Assembly (NCBI GenBank): GCA_951406725.2
Contig: OX597838.1
Coordinates: 29,078,001 to 29,142,000 of the forward strand
DNA: 64,000 bases
Direction of reading: 5' to 3'
From: Octopus vulgaris
Lineage: Eukaryota
In this document: positions 12,500 to 26,590 of the stretch, one piece after another
How the letters are laid out: each line of letters opens with the position of its first letter
Position numbering within the stretch: position 1 is the stretch's first letter
The notes under the pieces: generated by a model
The model's database searches: none
What the model saw: only the letters and a program-made list of their open reading frames with translations
Told to the model about the DNA's origin: nothing
Program-made: the position numbers and the translations under genes

Positions 12500-12839
12500 T
12501 ACATACTTTTCAAGTTTCTCGTTAGCATATGTCAAGCTTCTTTCACTGTCATATTTCAAACATTGTTTAAAGAGACAAAGATGGCAGCAGAGAGACGCGA
12601 TATGAGACAAGATAAAGTAGAATATAGACGCATATACACATACATACATACATACATACATACATACACGCATGCGCAAACTAACACACATAGTTACGAT
12701 GATGCACAACAGAAAGACAAAGAAATAAACACGAAGAAGTGATGTAAGAAAGTTGGAAATTTAATAGGTAGATACATACATGCATATACATATATACATT
12801 TATATATACATACATATATATATATAGAATATAAGTATA

Positions 12840-12841
12840 TC

Positions 12842-12898
<57 letters not shown>

Positions 12899-12966
12899 AT
12901 CTATATGTAGATGTGTAGATATATGTATACATATATATATGTATATATATATACACACACACACAA

Positions 12967-13000
<34 letters not shown>

Positions 13001-13093
13001 GTGTATATATATGTATATATATATATGTATATATATATATATGTGTATATATGTATATATATATATATATACACATATAAATGCATATATATA

Positions 13094-13134
<41 letters not shown>

Positions 13135-13138
13135 ATAC

Positions 13139-13202
<64 letters not shown>
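12840..13202. repeat. (TA)n-rich microsatellite
   Basis: Direct reading. Confidence 0.95.
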
Positions 13203-13207
<5 letters not shown>

Positions 13208-13457
13208 GACAAAAGACACAGAAAGAACAAGAGAAAGAAGTGTGTGTGTGTGTGTGTGGGGGGGGGCAAAGACAAATCGTGTTTAAAGTTGTTGTCATAA
13301 GACTTCTATTACTAAAGACAGCAGGAAATAATTTGGATCATAACATACCGTAAGTGCATGCGCGTGTATGCGTCTGTGTATCTATGTGTGGGTGTCCCTC
13401 TATTTACACACACACAACACGCATATGCTCACATATATATGTATGTATGAATATCTG

Positions 13458-13507
<50 letters not shown>

Positions 13508-13559
13508 ATATCTATCTATCTATCTATCTATCTATATTTATATATATATATATACACAT

Positions 13560-13973
13560 AGGCGCAGGAGTGGCCGTGTGGTAAGTAGCTTGCTAACCAA
13601 CCACATGGTTCCGGGTTCAGTCCCACTGCGTGGCATCTTGGGCAAGTGTCTTCTGCTATAGCCCCGGGCCGACCAATGCCTTGTGAGTGGATTTGGTAGA
13701 AAGAAACTGAAAGAAGCCTGTCGTATATATGTATATATATATATATGTGTGTGTTTGTGTGTTTATGTGTCTGTGTTTGTCCCCCTAGTATTGCTTGACA
13801 ACCGATGCTGGTATGTTTACGTCCCCGTCACTTAGCGGTTCGGCAAAAAGAGACCGATAGAATAAGTACTGGACTTACAAAGATTAAGTCCCGGGGTCGA
13901 GTTGCTCGACTAAAGGCGGTGCTCCAGCATGGCCGCAGTCAAATGACTGAAACAAGTAATAGAGTAAAAGAAT
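13560..13973 (+). mobile_element. SINE-A, full length
   Basis: Near identical to 10935-11353. Confidence 0.92.
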
Positions 13974-14039
13974 ACACATAAAAATAAATACATATGCATA
14001 TATATAACCACGTATATACATGTATATATATATGCGCAG

Positions 14040-14075
<36 letters not shown>

Positions 14076-14084
<9 letters not shown>

Positions 14085-14217
14085 TATAGAAGGAGCTTCT
14101 ACAGGACTAGAACTGTTTCATTCAAGAGAAATCTTCAGAAATCTTCAGAGCTTCCTGAAGATTTCTCTTGAATGAAACAGTTCTAGTCCTGTAGAAGCTC
14201 CTTCTATATAATAAATT
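14076..14217. repeat. Perfect 63-bp inverted repeat with 16-nt spacer (Penelope-like fold-back)
   Basis: 14076-14138 is the exact reverse complement of 14155-14217. Confidence 0.9.
14148..14200 (+). ncRNA. Type I hammerhead ribozyme candidate, canonical core
   Basis: gagcttc CTGAAGA t-ttc-tctt-gaa-t GAAA cag-ttctagtc-ctgt A gaagctc: 7-bp stem I, 4-bp stem III, predicted cut after 14193. Confidence 0.7.
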
Positions 14218-14282
14218 ATTTTTACTCTGCTATGTATTGAGTACCTTATTTACTGTGGTTAACCCCGAATCAACCCGGGACC

Positions 14283-14333
<51 letters not shown>

Positions 14334-14420
14334 GCACGCACACACACACACGCAAACACACACATTTATATATATATACACTCACATGTATATATATATG
14401 TGTGTGTGTATATATATGTA

Positions 14421-14680
14421 TTGGGTCATCCCACAAATAAAGCGGTTTTTTCAATTGCATGAATTAAAAGTCGGATAGAGACAGGATAAACTGCCTGCAT
14501 CAACTTTCTATAAAAGCAGTTAGTAATTTTACCTTGTGCTTATTCTTAGTGTAAGTTTTGAAGAGTACAGTTCGATTTTAACATATTTTTACTAAGCTAT
14601 AAATGGTAGAGGCAAAGGAGCATATTCGGCATATTTTGCTTTATGAGTCCAATAGAGGCAACACTGCAACGGAATGAATA
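14421..14680 (+). mobile_element. Mariner 5' end (same family as 3720-4958)
   Basis: TA + ttgggtcatcccacaaataa TIR, 5'UTR homologous to 4780-4958, ATG at 14603 MVEAKEHIRHILLYE; truncated by SINE-A. Confidence 0.85.
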
Positions 14681-15106
14681 TACTCTTTACTCTTTTTACT
14701 CTTTTACTTGTTTCAGTCATTTGACTGCGGCCATGCTGGAGCACCGCCTTTAGTCGAGCAAATCGACCCCGGAACTTATTCTTTGTAAGCCCAGTACTTA
14801 TTCTATCGGTATCTTTTTGCCGAACCGCTAAGTGACGGGGACGTAAACACACCAGCATCGGTTGTCAAGCAATACTAGTGGGACAAACAGAGACACACAA
14901 ACACACACACATACATATATATATATATACATATATACATATATACGACAGGCTTCTTTCAGTTTCCGTCTACCAAATCCACTCACAAGGCATTGGTCGG
15001 CCCGGGTCTATAGCAGAAGACACTTGCCCAAGGTGCCACGCAGTGGGGCTGAACCCGGAACCATGCTGGTTAGCAAGCTGCTTACCACACAGCCACTCCT
15101 GCGCCT
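14681..15106 (-). mobile_element. SINE-A, full length
   Basis: Reverse complement of 13560-13973. Confidence 0.92.
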
Positions 15107-15444
15107 AAATATGTATATTGGATTGTATATGCATGCATGTATGTATGTATGTATGTATGTATGTATGTATGTATGTATGTATGCATGTATGTATGTGTGT
15201 GTGTGTTTATATATCATATGTATGTATGCTTGTCAGTATAGATGCACACGTATTCACGCATACACATTCGCACACAGTCTGAACTATATAATCGTTTCAT
15301 AGAACAGGAATTGTCTTTCCTGAATCGCAGTTGAAAGAGATCTAAAATGTTTGAAATACCGATTGTCTCTTTGGTAAGATGAAACCCTCATTATCTCAGC
15401 TGAAGTTTTATACCTACTTTACTGATGAAATACATACTTGCATA

Positions 15445-15572
15445 TATATATATATATATATATAATTATAAGTATACGTATATATATATATAATTATAAG
15501 TATATATATATATATAATTATAAGTATATGTATATATATATAATTATAAGTATATATATATATATATTATAA

Positions 15573-15615
<43 letters not shown>

Positions 15616-15625
15616 CATAAGTTTA
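15445..15625. repeat. Tandem repeat of taattataag cores spaced by (TA)n
   Basis: About 6 units. Confidence 0.8.
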
Positions 15626-15639
15626 CGTATATTTCTTTC

Positions 15640-15724
15640 TATAAGAAAGAAGAAATATATATATATATACTCATACACACACACATATATATATATACAA
15701 TCTAGAATGTTAATAATATGTATT

Positions 15725-15780
<56 letters not shown>

Positions 15781-15905
15781 ATATACGTATGAATATATAT
15801 ATATGTGTGTGTGTGTGTATGTGCATGTCAGTATGGATGTTTGTGTAAATATATACATGTATATATATATATATGTATTGATAAAACGTGTGTATATACA
15901 TACAT

Positions 15906-15937
<32 letters not shown>

Positions 15938-15947
15938 GTCTATAATA

Positions 15948-16038
<91 letters not shown>

Positions 16039-16257
16039 ATACACACGCCGACAAGCTTACACAAACACATATACGAATGCGATCCACGGAATCCTTCTCG
16101 ATGTATATATTCCTTTGGTTGTCGTTACATGATACGAACAAGTTATCTCTGAGTGAATATCTCTCCGTAATAGGATAGCTGCAGCTATCTTCATGCTATA
16201 CTTCTTCAATATAAAACGCATCGGATGCATACCTGCATATATGCATGTATATATATA

Positions 16258-16330
<73 letters not shown>

Positions 16331-16579
16331 CATACATGTATATATATAGATGCATGTATATATATATATATATATATACATGTATATATATATATATATA
16401 TACACATGTATATATATGTAAATATATATATATATATATACACACATACACACACACATACATATATATACATATACATATATATACACACATATATATA
16501 TATATATACATATATATACATATATATGTATATATATGCATATACATATTCACATATATGTTTATATATATATACATAA

Positions 16580-16630
<51 letters not shown>
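15640..16630. repeat. (TA)n/(TACA) microsatellite-dense block
   Basis: Direct reading. Confidence 0.9.
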
Positions 16631-17269
16631 AGTGTGTGTGAGAGCGTTTGTTCGTGTTTACGTGTGTGTGTATTATGAGATATGCTTTCAGTATATGATG
16701 AGGTGAGGTAAACGCATTTGCTAATAGCTTATTCCGTTAGCGGTTACGTTACCAGAAACTCATTCCTAAGACAGGCACTTGTGTATGGCTGTACGGGTAT
16801 GTGTGTGTGTGTGTGTGAATGTGTGTGTATGTGTGAGTCGAGGGTGTATGGATTAATTTATATGCATGTGCGTGTGGAGTGTATGCGTGTGTTTGTTTGT
16901 ATGTGTGTGTGTGTTTGTGTGTGGAGGGTGGGGATGAAGGTTCAGCTGTTTAGGCATGCGATATTGGATGAGCAGGCGTGCGTGTCTGTATGTACGTGTG
17001 TGAGTGCGTGTATGTGTGCGTGTGCGTGCTGCGTGCGTGTGTTTGTGTTTGTGTGGTGTGTACGGATCTCTACGATTATATTAAATGGGTGTATCTTAAA
17101 CAACATAAAATATTTACACACACACACACACTCAACCACCCCTCTCCACCCACACCCATGCATACACACATACACACACACAAACATGTATGTATACACA
17201 CACGAACGCCGACATACATATGAATATATATAAACACATGATTACATGCATATATATATATACATATAT

Positions 17270-17313
<44 letters not shown>

Positions 17314-17797
17314 CCTCTATCTATCAAAATTAATATTTCCCTTTCCGTACACACGCACCCACCCCACCCCGACAACACTCATACATATATATACATATAC
17401 ACTTATATATATATGCATATATATATATAGAAAGATATATATGTATATATGCGTGCGTGTGTGTGTATGCATGTATGTATATATATATATATATACATTC
17501 GTTTTATTATATATATTCGTGTTATAGTATATATATATATAATAAATCGAATATATATATATATACACACACACGCACACACACATATATATGTGCCTAT
17601 ATATATGTACACACACACACACGCATATACACATATATACACACACACGCGCGCCCACACACATGCATATATATACATATATACACATACATATATATGT
17701 AATGAAATTACATAATGAAATTACTTAGCCTCTATCTTTAATCCGATCAATTTGTTGAATCTTCATATTGCATTATTTCTTGTGCTACATACTCTAT

Positions 17798-17926
<129 letters not shown>

Positions 17927-18134
17927 TTCTCTCTCTGTATATATATATTTGCAGCAACGTGATATAATATTATATGGACAGAAATATATGGAATATATAG
18001 ATGCATATATCTGTATATATGAATGTATATATGTGTATGATATATATATGTATATGTATGTATATGATATATATATATATATATATACGTATGTATATAA
18101 AATACATATATACATATATATATATAGCGAGAGC

Positions 18135-18168
<34 letters not shown>

Positions 18169-18500
18169 GAGAGAAAAAGAGAAAGAGTGAGAGGGAGAGG
18201 GAGAGAGAGGGGAAGAGGAGGATGTAATTACCTGTGGGGAATAGAATCAAAGTACGTATGAAAATACATCTCACCCAAATGCATACACATTCATGCCTCT
18301 GTATATACATACGTATACATGCATAATGCATACAAACACACATACGCACATGCACACACGTATAAATACATGCAAATGTACATCCCTGTAGGTATGCACA
18401 TTGATATGAACGTACGTATGCATATAACGAAGTTAGTCGGTTACCCATCACAAAATTGAAGCCATTTTGTTTGCTCTCTTTTTCTGTCCGTATAATATTA

Positions 18501-19010
18501 TATCACGTTGCTGCAAATATTTTTGAAGTTTTAACCATCAACTCGAGATTAAAACTTCCTCTAACGAATAAACGATATCAAACAAAATATTACCTCTTAG
18601 AATATAGACATTTGGCCAACAAGAAACGAGTTTTATTTGTTCCTGTAGCATCGATTATATCCTAGAGTCAAAGAACCGAATATTTTTTCCAAGGTGTTGT
18701 TTTGAGCTGTCACTTGGTTGTTGAAGATTTCTTTAAGTTTTTGAGATGGTTGAAGAAATGGAATTGTCCGAGGAGAGGTTTCGAGAACAAACTGGGTGGC
18801 GTTGAATTTTGTAAGCCTGGTAGTTTAATTTTTGCTGAGTCATATCGTCTGACGATGTCTTGGAGAGAAAACATTGACAGATTTTGTTTGATAACTACTG
18901 GACCGTAAAGTTAATAGTTCTTAGAACACTTTGTAGGTTTCCGAATCACACCATTCTGCTGGGAAAGTTTCACCGGGATATTTTTGAAAAGCAGTGTTCC
19001 ATTCCATCTG
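18501..19010 (-). mobile_element. Second mariner family (Hsmar1-like), decayed 3' half
   Basis: Remnants like QKL...PH..SPDLSPTD.HFF.HL and ATGTNK..S.W.KC; end tatcacgttgctgcaaa resembles the TTAGGTTGGTGCAAAA TIR. Confidence 0.6.
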
Positions 19011-19214
19011 TCGACCAACAAGTAAGGTTGCGTGATTAAGAAGCTAGTTTAGCAACTGAAGTCCCACTGTGCGGTACCCTAAAAGAAGTACCTTTACTGT
19101 AGCCCTAGGCTCACTAATTCCTTGTGAATAATTATGGTAGACCAAAACTGAGGAAGTCCGTTGTTTATGTATGTGTGTCATTGTTTCTAAATTCTTATGT
19201 GGATAAATTCTTAA

Positions 19215-19440
19215 ATGATATTGATTTCAAAGTTTGGTGTAAGGCCAGCAATTCTGGCAAGTGGATAAGTCGATTACACCGACCTCAGTGCTCAAGTGGT
19301 ATTTACTTTATCGACTCCGAAAGGATGAAAGACAAAGTCGACCTCGGTGCAACTTGAATTTAGAGCATAAAAACGGACGAAATGCCGCTAAGCATTTTAC
19401 CAAGCCTGCTAACGATTCAGCCAGCTCGCCACCCTAAAAG
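19215..19440 (-). mobile_element. SINE-C
   Basis: Head ggtggcgagctggctgaatcgttagc; core gtcgactttgtctttcatcctttcggagtcgataaa. Confidence 0.85.
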
Positions 19441-19445
19441 TGAGA

Positions 19446-19564
19446 TGTTTACACCACTCAAGTTTCCCAAGAGGTTACTCATCTAAGTACTAACTAGGTT
19501 TGATGTCTTCTAACTTCGGTGATCTGACGAGAACAGGTGCATTCAACGTCATGTGGCCGTGGGC
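19446..19564 (-). pseudogene. 5S rRNA pseudogene, full length (119 nt)
   Basis: gcccacggccacatgacgttgaatgcacctgttctcgtcagatcaccgaagttag...gttagtacttagatgagtaacc...tgtaaaca aligns to the metazoan 5S consensus; box A and box C mutated. Confidence 0.85.
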
Positions 19565-19901
19565 GAAATTCCTAGATAGTATTGTAAACAGATTTCCTTG
19601 CTTTTGTGTTCCATTTTAAATTCAAACAATGTAATCGCCCAAATTTGTTTTCTTTTCCAAAATGAATTTGACTGACGAAAAATAAACAAGAATAAATTGA
19701 AAGCAAAAAACCATTCGCATAAATCAATAGATCGAAACGTGTCCTTTAAAACAATATTTTTAAATGTACTTAGTTAAATAAAAGCTTATTCCGAAATAAA
19801 CAGCAACCAACTCACAAATCTATTCCTCTGCGTTTCTTCCTTTTCATTTTCTCCCATTTTGCTCGTTGATTTCTTCAACTAAACCTGTGTAATTTCATCA
19901 G

Positions 19902-20118
19902 CATAGAGCGTGATGGTGATTCAAACGAGCAGACGATCAACGCAGACGAACAGAGACTGTCAAACAAACAGCGGAGCAACGAGGCAAAGAGACGTGCAGT
20001 GATGTCAAAGGCAAAGATAGCAGTATCGAAGGCGCCCATTGATCTATATTGTGTTAGTTATTCAAATAAAATAGAGAATAATTATAGAGGAATACTGGCC
20101 AACATTAGAACAATGGAG
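19902..20118 (+). CDS. Candidate exon of unknown gene (internal or first coding exon)
   Basis: Unique sequence; acceptor catcag|, stop-free frame 19870-20163, ends ATG GAG|gtgagt; no recognised protein similarity. Confidence 0.3.
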
Positions 20119-20219
20119 GTGAGTTTTGAACAGATAATTGTGAAGTGTGAGAATGTTAAATAAATAATGAAAAGAGATAAATAGTTAAATAGATATCATG
20201 AGACGCCATAACCTCGTAG

Positions 20220-20220
20220 C

Positions 20221-20275
<55 letters not shown>

Positions 20276-20276
20276 C

Positions 20277-20335
<59 letters not shown>
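20220..20335. repeat. (AAT)n microsatellite
   Basis: Direct reading. Confidence 0.95.
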
Positions 20336-20711
20336 GACAATAAAATGGAAACGAATCAACTGTTGATCCACACGTATGTATGTATGCATGTGTATGTGAA
20401 CTTATGTCTGTGTATTAATGTGTGTATGTGTGCGTGCGTACGTGTATGTATGTATGTACATAAATATCTATTAACGAACAGAAACGAAAACGTGAAAAGC
20501 AATTACATAAAAAAACAATCGACTCCTTCAATAATGTATAATTACGTATGCAGCTATGTATGTGAGAATTCGTGCAAAGGTAAATGCCTGTATATATGTA
20601 TATATATATATGTGGATATATATATATCCATATATATGTATATATCCGTATATATATGTATATATCCATATATCTATCTATCTATATATATATATGGATA
20701 TATATATAGAT

Positions 20712-20758
<47 letters not shown>

Positions 20759-20856
20759 CATATATATATAAATATATATATGTATAGATAGATAGGTAGA
20801 TAGATATGCATATGATGCTCTCAAAGAAATGCACACACACACATATATACATCTAT

Positions 20857-20926
<70 letters not shown>

Positions 20927-21558
20927 GTGTATATGTACACACATACGTACATATATGTATATATGCTTTTATACATTTAAATACGCTTGTATAAATAAAT
21001 GTGTATATACACGTACGTATTCATACTATGCCGCGCGTGCGCGAACACACACGTTAACAGGCGCCCCCCCACACACACACACATACACACTTATACTCCT
21101 GCACACATACGTATCCTACAGTTAAATAAGAATGAAATTGTTTCAGAAAAAAACCGTAACTGACACTCGAAGTCGGCAACCAAGGGAAGAGAGAAGGAGA
21201 GAGAAAGAGACAGAGAAGAGGGGGTCAGAGAGGAAAGGAAAGAGGGAGAAAGAAGGGGGAGTGAGAAAGGAAACGAGAAAGGGAGAAGGAGAGGGAGAGG
21301 GAGAGAGGGAGTTAGGAGGAGGAAAAATGTTGTAGGAAAAAGTGAAGCTGGAAAAGGATATGGATAAGAAAGAATAAAAGAAATCGTCGAAGGTTTTTGG
21401 TTCTGTCTGTACGTTTCCAATACACACACACATATGTATATATATATGTGTGTGTATGTATATATATATATGTATATGAATATATATATATATATGCATA
21501 TATAGATATATATACATATATATATACATATATATATATACATATATATGTACATACA

Positions 21559-21625
<67 letters not shown>

Positions 21626-21710
21626 GTATATATATAGTATTTTGAGACCGTATTGAGTTTTTTGTAAATTATTTTTATAAAATATGTTTCTATGTGTATA
21701 TCCATATACG

Positions 21711-21760
<50 letters not shown>

Positions 21761-22133
21761 ACAGATAAATGTTGCAAAGATATTTTGAAAAAAAAAGAAA
21801 ACGCTTAATACAGACACAGTATTTCAAGAAAATTTTTTCTTAAAAATTATTAACTATTTGAATAAAAAATTCTGAGGAAAAGAAAAAGACAGGAATCTTT
21901 TGCAAAGAAATTTCGATATTGTGTGTGTGTGTGTAAGCACTTTCTTTGTTAAATTTCCCTATAATTCTTTTATTTGAAAAAAAAAAAAAAATCTAACGAC
22001 GAGGGCGCATACAGGCAATACAAAAACTTCATTCTCGAAGGTTCGTGTCATTCTGTTTTCATAAGATCTTTTTAAATTAAAAAAAAAACTTTTTGCAAGT
22101 ATACGTTCATACATACATATATATATACATGCA

Positions 22134-22279
<146 letters not shown>

Positions 22280-22577
22280 CATACACACACATATATACAT
22301 ATTCAAAAAGATATATACTTGAGAAGATATGCATGTATATATATATATATATATATATACATACATACACACACATACACACACATATATATGAATATAT
22401 GTATGTATATATATATATATATATACATACATAAATTGCGTGAAGGAGACGGCGGTGTTCCGCTAGAAGCCCGTGAAACTTTAAGTTGCATGGAACCGAA
22501 TCAAACATTTTTAACTAACACATGTAACTCCTACTAAATATATTGAGTGTTCTTTCCTTTCGTTTGTCTTCTTACAC

Positions 22578-22647
<70 letters not shown>

Positions 22648-22660
22648 GTGTGTGTATGTG

Positions 22661-22858
22661 TAGGCTTGACTATGTGGCAAGAAGTTTGCTTCGCAACCAC
22701 ATGATCCTCAGTTCAGTCCCACTGTGTGGCACCTAGTGGCAGCTTGGGCAAGTGTCTTCCATTCTAGCCTCGATCCACCAAAGCTTTCCGAGTGGATTTG
22801 CTAGGCGTAAACTGAAAGAAGCCCGTCGTATATATACATACTTATATATAAGTATGTA

Positions 22859-22911
<53 letters not shown>

Positions 22912-22990
22912 GCATATATATATTTATATATATATATATATATGTGTGTATTTGTGTGTTTGTGCTTGCACCACAATCGCTTGACAGCGA
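22661..22990 (+). mobile_element. SINE-A, 3' truncated, diverged
   Basis: Head, ttgggcaagtgtctt, aactgaaagaagcccgtcg. Confidence 0.8.
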
Positions 22991-22995
22991 TGGTA

Positions 22996-23258
22996 TAGCC
23001 TGCTCGTGAAAGTGGCTGAGTATTCCACAGACACGCGTAACCTTTAATGCTGTCTGCCAGTGTGATTCAGTGTGTCACAGAATGTGACAAGCTGGTCTCC
23101 TTTGAATTACAGGTACAACTCATCATTGCCAGCTGAATGGACTGGGGCCACGTGAAATAAAGTGTCTTGCTCAAGGACACAACACACCGCTGAGAATCGA
23201 ACTCCCGACCTTACGATCGCCAGTCGAATACTGTAACCACTAAGCTATGGACCGTCAC
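22996..23258 (-). mobile_element. SINE with SINE-D-type 5' domain and SINE-B type b tail
   Basis: cttgagcaagacactttatttcacg followed by acctgtaattcaaagg...gtgtctgtggaatactcagccac. Confidence 0.75.
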
Positions 23259-23275
23259 ATAATACATACATACAT

Positions 23276-23480
23276 TCTCTCTTTTTACTTGTTTCATTCA
23301 TTAGACTGCGGCCATGCTGGAGCACCGCCTTTAGTTGAGCAACTCAACCCTGGGACTTATTCTTTGTAAGCCCAGTACTTATTCTATCGGTCTCTTTTGC
23401 CGAACCGCTAAGTGACAGGGACGTAAACACACCAGCATCGGTTGTCAAGCAATGCTGGGGGGACAAACACAGACACAGAA

Positions 23481-23539
<59 letters not shown>

Positions 23540-23711
23540 CATATATACGACTGGCTTCTTTCAGTTTCCGTCTGCCAAATCCACTCGCAAGGCTTTGGTC
23601 GGCCCGAGGCTATAGTAGAAGACACTTGCCCAAGGTGCCACGCAGTGGGACTGAACCCGGAACCATGTGGTTGGTAAGCAAGCTACTTACCACTCAGCCA
23701 CTCCTGCGCCT
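23276..23711 (-). mobile_element. SINE-A, full length
   Basis: Reverse complement of 10935-11353. Confidence 0.92.
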
Positions 23712-24033
23712 ATTGATGTTGAATTTCCAATGAAGGAGCCTTAGATCTAGGTTAGAAACCAGCTCTTTAGTGGCGTGAAATCTTGAAATAAAACTGAATG
23801 ATGATACATACATATATGATGCTCGCCTCCTCATTCTGGAGCATAAGATGATGATGATGATGATGACAGTATGTCAAGCGATGTTTGTAGATGATGCTTT
23901 TTGATGTGAGGAGAAAGCTTTGCCCACAACCAAATCCCACTCTCTGAACAACGGTGAGAAATGCCCACCCCCCAAGAACGAACCACCATCATTAGCTGCC
24001 ATCATGTGTGTGTGTGTATACACGAGCTGAGAT

Positions 24034-24365
24034 GGAAGCACTCCGTCGGTTACGACGACGAGGGTTCCGGTTGATCCAAATCAACGGAACAGCCTGCACT
24101 CCACAGACACGTGCACCCTTAACGTAGTTCTCGGGGATATTCAGCGTGACACAGAGAGTGACAAGGCCGGCCCCTTGAAATACAGGAACAACAGAAACAG
24201 GAAGTAAGAGTGAGAGAAAGTTGTGGTGAAAGAGTACAGCAGGGATCACCTGGAGCTTTTAGGTGTTTTCGCTCAATAAACACTCACAACGCCCGGTCTG
24301 GGAATCGAAACCGCGATTCTATGACCGCGAGTCCGCTGCCCTAACCACTGGGCCATTGCGCCTCC
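24034..24365 (-). mobile_element. SINE-B, tail type b, with 14-bp TSD
   Basis: TSD acacgagctgagat at 24020-24033 and 24366-24379. Confidence 0.92.
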
Positions 24366-24814
24366 ACACGAGCTGAGATAGAAACTAGCATTAACAAACA
24401 ACGCACCAGACACTGACAATAATAACACCATCATAAAACCACTGCACCTGGAAAAATGAGGTCTCCATGGAAACAAGAGAGCAGCTTAAAAAAAAGAACA
24501 ACAAAAAGAAAACGTAAATAAATAAAATTCTTAAGATAACGAAAATTATTATTAATAGTGTAACGTAAGATGGCAATAAAGATATGTTATAATGCTGTTT
24601 TATTATAATAATGTTCATTTTCAAAGTAGTGATAATATTGATTTTGCTATCTCGTATAATGGTTCTTGTGCTGGGGCTGTTTAGTTTGTTGCGATCAAAG
24701 CCGTTCCAGGAATGATCATCATGTCTTGTATTTAAAGATATTAGGTAACGTGCTGCCTCGCGGGAGGGTTATTACGCCAATAATAAACACACGCACTGGT
24801 TTATTTTTACTTTT

Positions 24815-25190
24815 GTGAGATGGCAGAATCGTTAGCACGCCGGCCGGAATGTTTAGCGGTATTTCGTCTGTTTTTATGTTCTGAGTTCAAATTCTGCCGA
24901 GGTCGACTTTGCCTTTCATCCTTTTGGGGTTGGGTGGTGTCGATAAATTAAGTACCAGTTGCATACTGGGGTCGCGCCAAGAGTAGAAAAAAATAGTTAA
25001 CGCGCTGGACGAAATGCTTAGAGATATTTCACCCATTTTTATGTTCTGAGTTCAAATTCCGCCGAGGTCGACTTCGCCTTTCACCCTATCGTGTCGATAA
25101 ATTAAGTACCAGTTGCATACTGGTGTCGATGTGATCGACTAGTCCCCTTGCCTAAAATTTCAGGTCTTGTGCCAATAATAGAAGGGATTA
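24815..25190 (+). mobile_element. Two tandem SINE-C copies
   Basis: gttctgagttcaaatt..gccgaggtcgactt occurs twice. Confidence 0.85.
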
Positions 25191-25199
25191 TTATTATTA

Positions 25200-25281
<82 letters not shown>

Positions 25282-25683
25282 CATTATTATTATTCGTCAT
25301 TGGTTAATTAATTATTTAACCAGCTAAATTGTTTGATTATTCATTAGGTTAATCAATCAATTTTGTTTGCTGAAGTCCTTTCGTCGCCATTCGAAACTTC
25401 TTCAAGGACATACTATCTCTACTCCAGATCAACGTCAAGTAGGATGTGATTTCCTGAGACTACGATTTCTGCTTCTTACAGACCTACGCAAAGATTTTAC
25501 CGATTAGGGACCAGCTTCGCTGAAACTTCACGGAAACCGAAATAAAAAGTGTCCTGCATAATGGGACTGCAAACTAATCTGGGACTAGAGAGGAAAGATG
25601 TACAATGTCTGACTGTAAGGCAGGGCAGTCAAGGATGGGACGCCTTTGATTATAAATCTGTTCGGTGTAAGGTATACACGACA

Positions 25684-26063
25684 TGGGAATGGAAGCACTC
25701 CGTCGGTTACGACGATGAGTGTTCCGGTTGATCCGAATCAACGGAATAGCCTGCTCGTGAAATTAACGTGTAAGTGGCTGAGCACTCCACAGACACGTGC
25801 ACCCTTAACGTAGTTCTCGGGGATATTCAGCGTGACACAGAGAGTGACAAGGCCGGCCCTTTGAAATACAAGGTACAACAGAAACAGGAAGTAAGAGTGA
25901 GAGAAAGTTGTGGTGAAAGAGTACAGCAGGGATCACCACCATCCCCTGCCGGAGCCTCGTGGAGCTTTAGGTGTTTTCGCTCAATAAACACTCACAACGC
26001 CCGAAACCGCGATCCTATGACCGCGAGTCCGCTGCCCTAACCACTGGGCCATTGCGCCTCCAC
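25684..26063 (-). mobile_element. SINE-B, tail type b, with 11-bp TSD
   Basis: TSD tatacacgaca at 25673-25683 and 26064-26074. Confidence 0.92.
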
Positions 26064-26509
26064 TATACACGACAACAAATGTATTGAATGACAGGCGCAG
26101 TTTTATTCGCTAATCTCTCCCGTTTATAACATTGATACAAAGTATTCAGGACGAAGTTTAGGTATAGCTAAGATAGGATTTAATGGTTAATCCGGTTTAA
26201 TTAAGCATCCATGGAATTCGTCATCATCCGGTCGCATTGTTTGCGCGAATTCCCGTGACTCTCTGTTGCAACCCTCTTCTATCATTCATATTTGAATTTG
26301 GAGCTTAAGTCAGAATGAATCTTTCATTGGCTGATTGCACAACCATGGACGCCGCCCTTTTGGTGTTCCTGACCATTGATCTAGGATTCTCTCGCTCAGC
26401 ATCAATGTAAGAAACACGGGTCGCTCAGAGTGAGCTTTTCTACTGTTTCTTCACAATCCGCCCTGTTGCAGTCCCATGACTTCGCCGTATCCCTGGCAAG
26501 GTTGCTGAA

Positions 26510-26590
26510 GGGGTCCTATGTCTTGCCAAAGGGTCCCATGTCTTGCCAAAGGGTTCTATGTCTTGCCAAAGGGTCGTATGTCTTGCCGTA
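26510..26590. repeat. 20-bp tandem repeat x4 (agggtcctatgtcttgccaa)
   Basis: Direct reading. Confidence 0.9.

Noticed and set aside
26510-26590. CRISPR-like array (also 35620-35810)
   Set aside because: Contiguous tandem units without unique spacers; eukaryotic context
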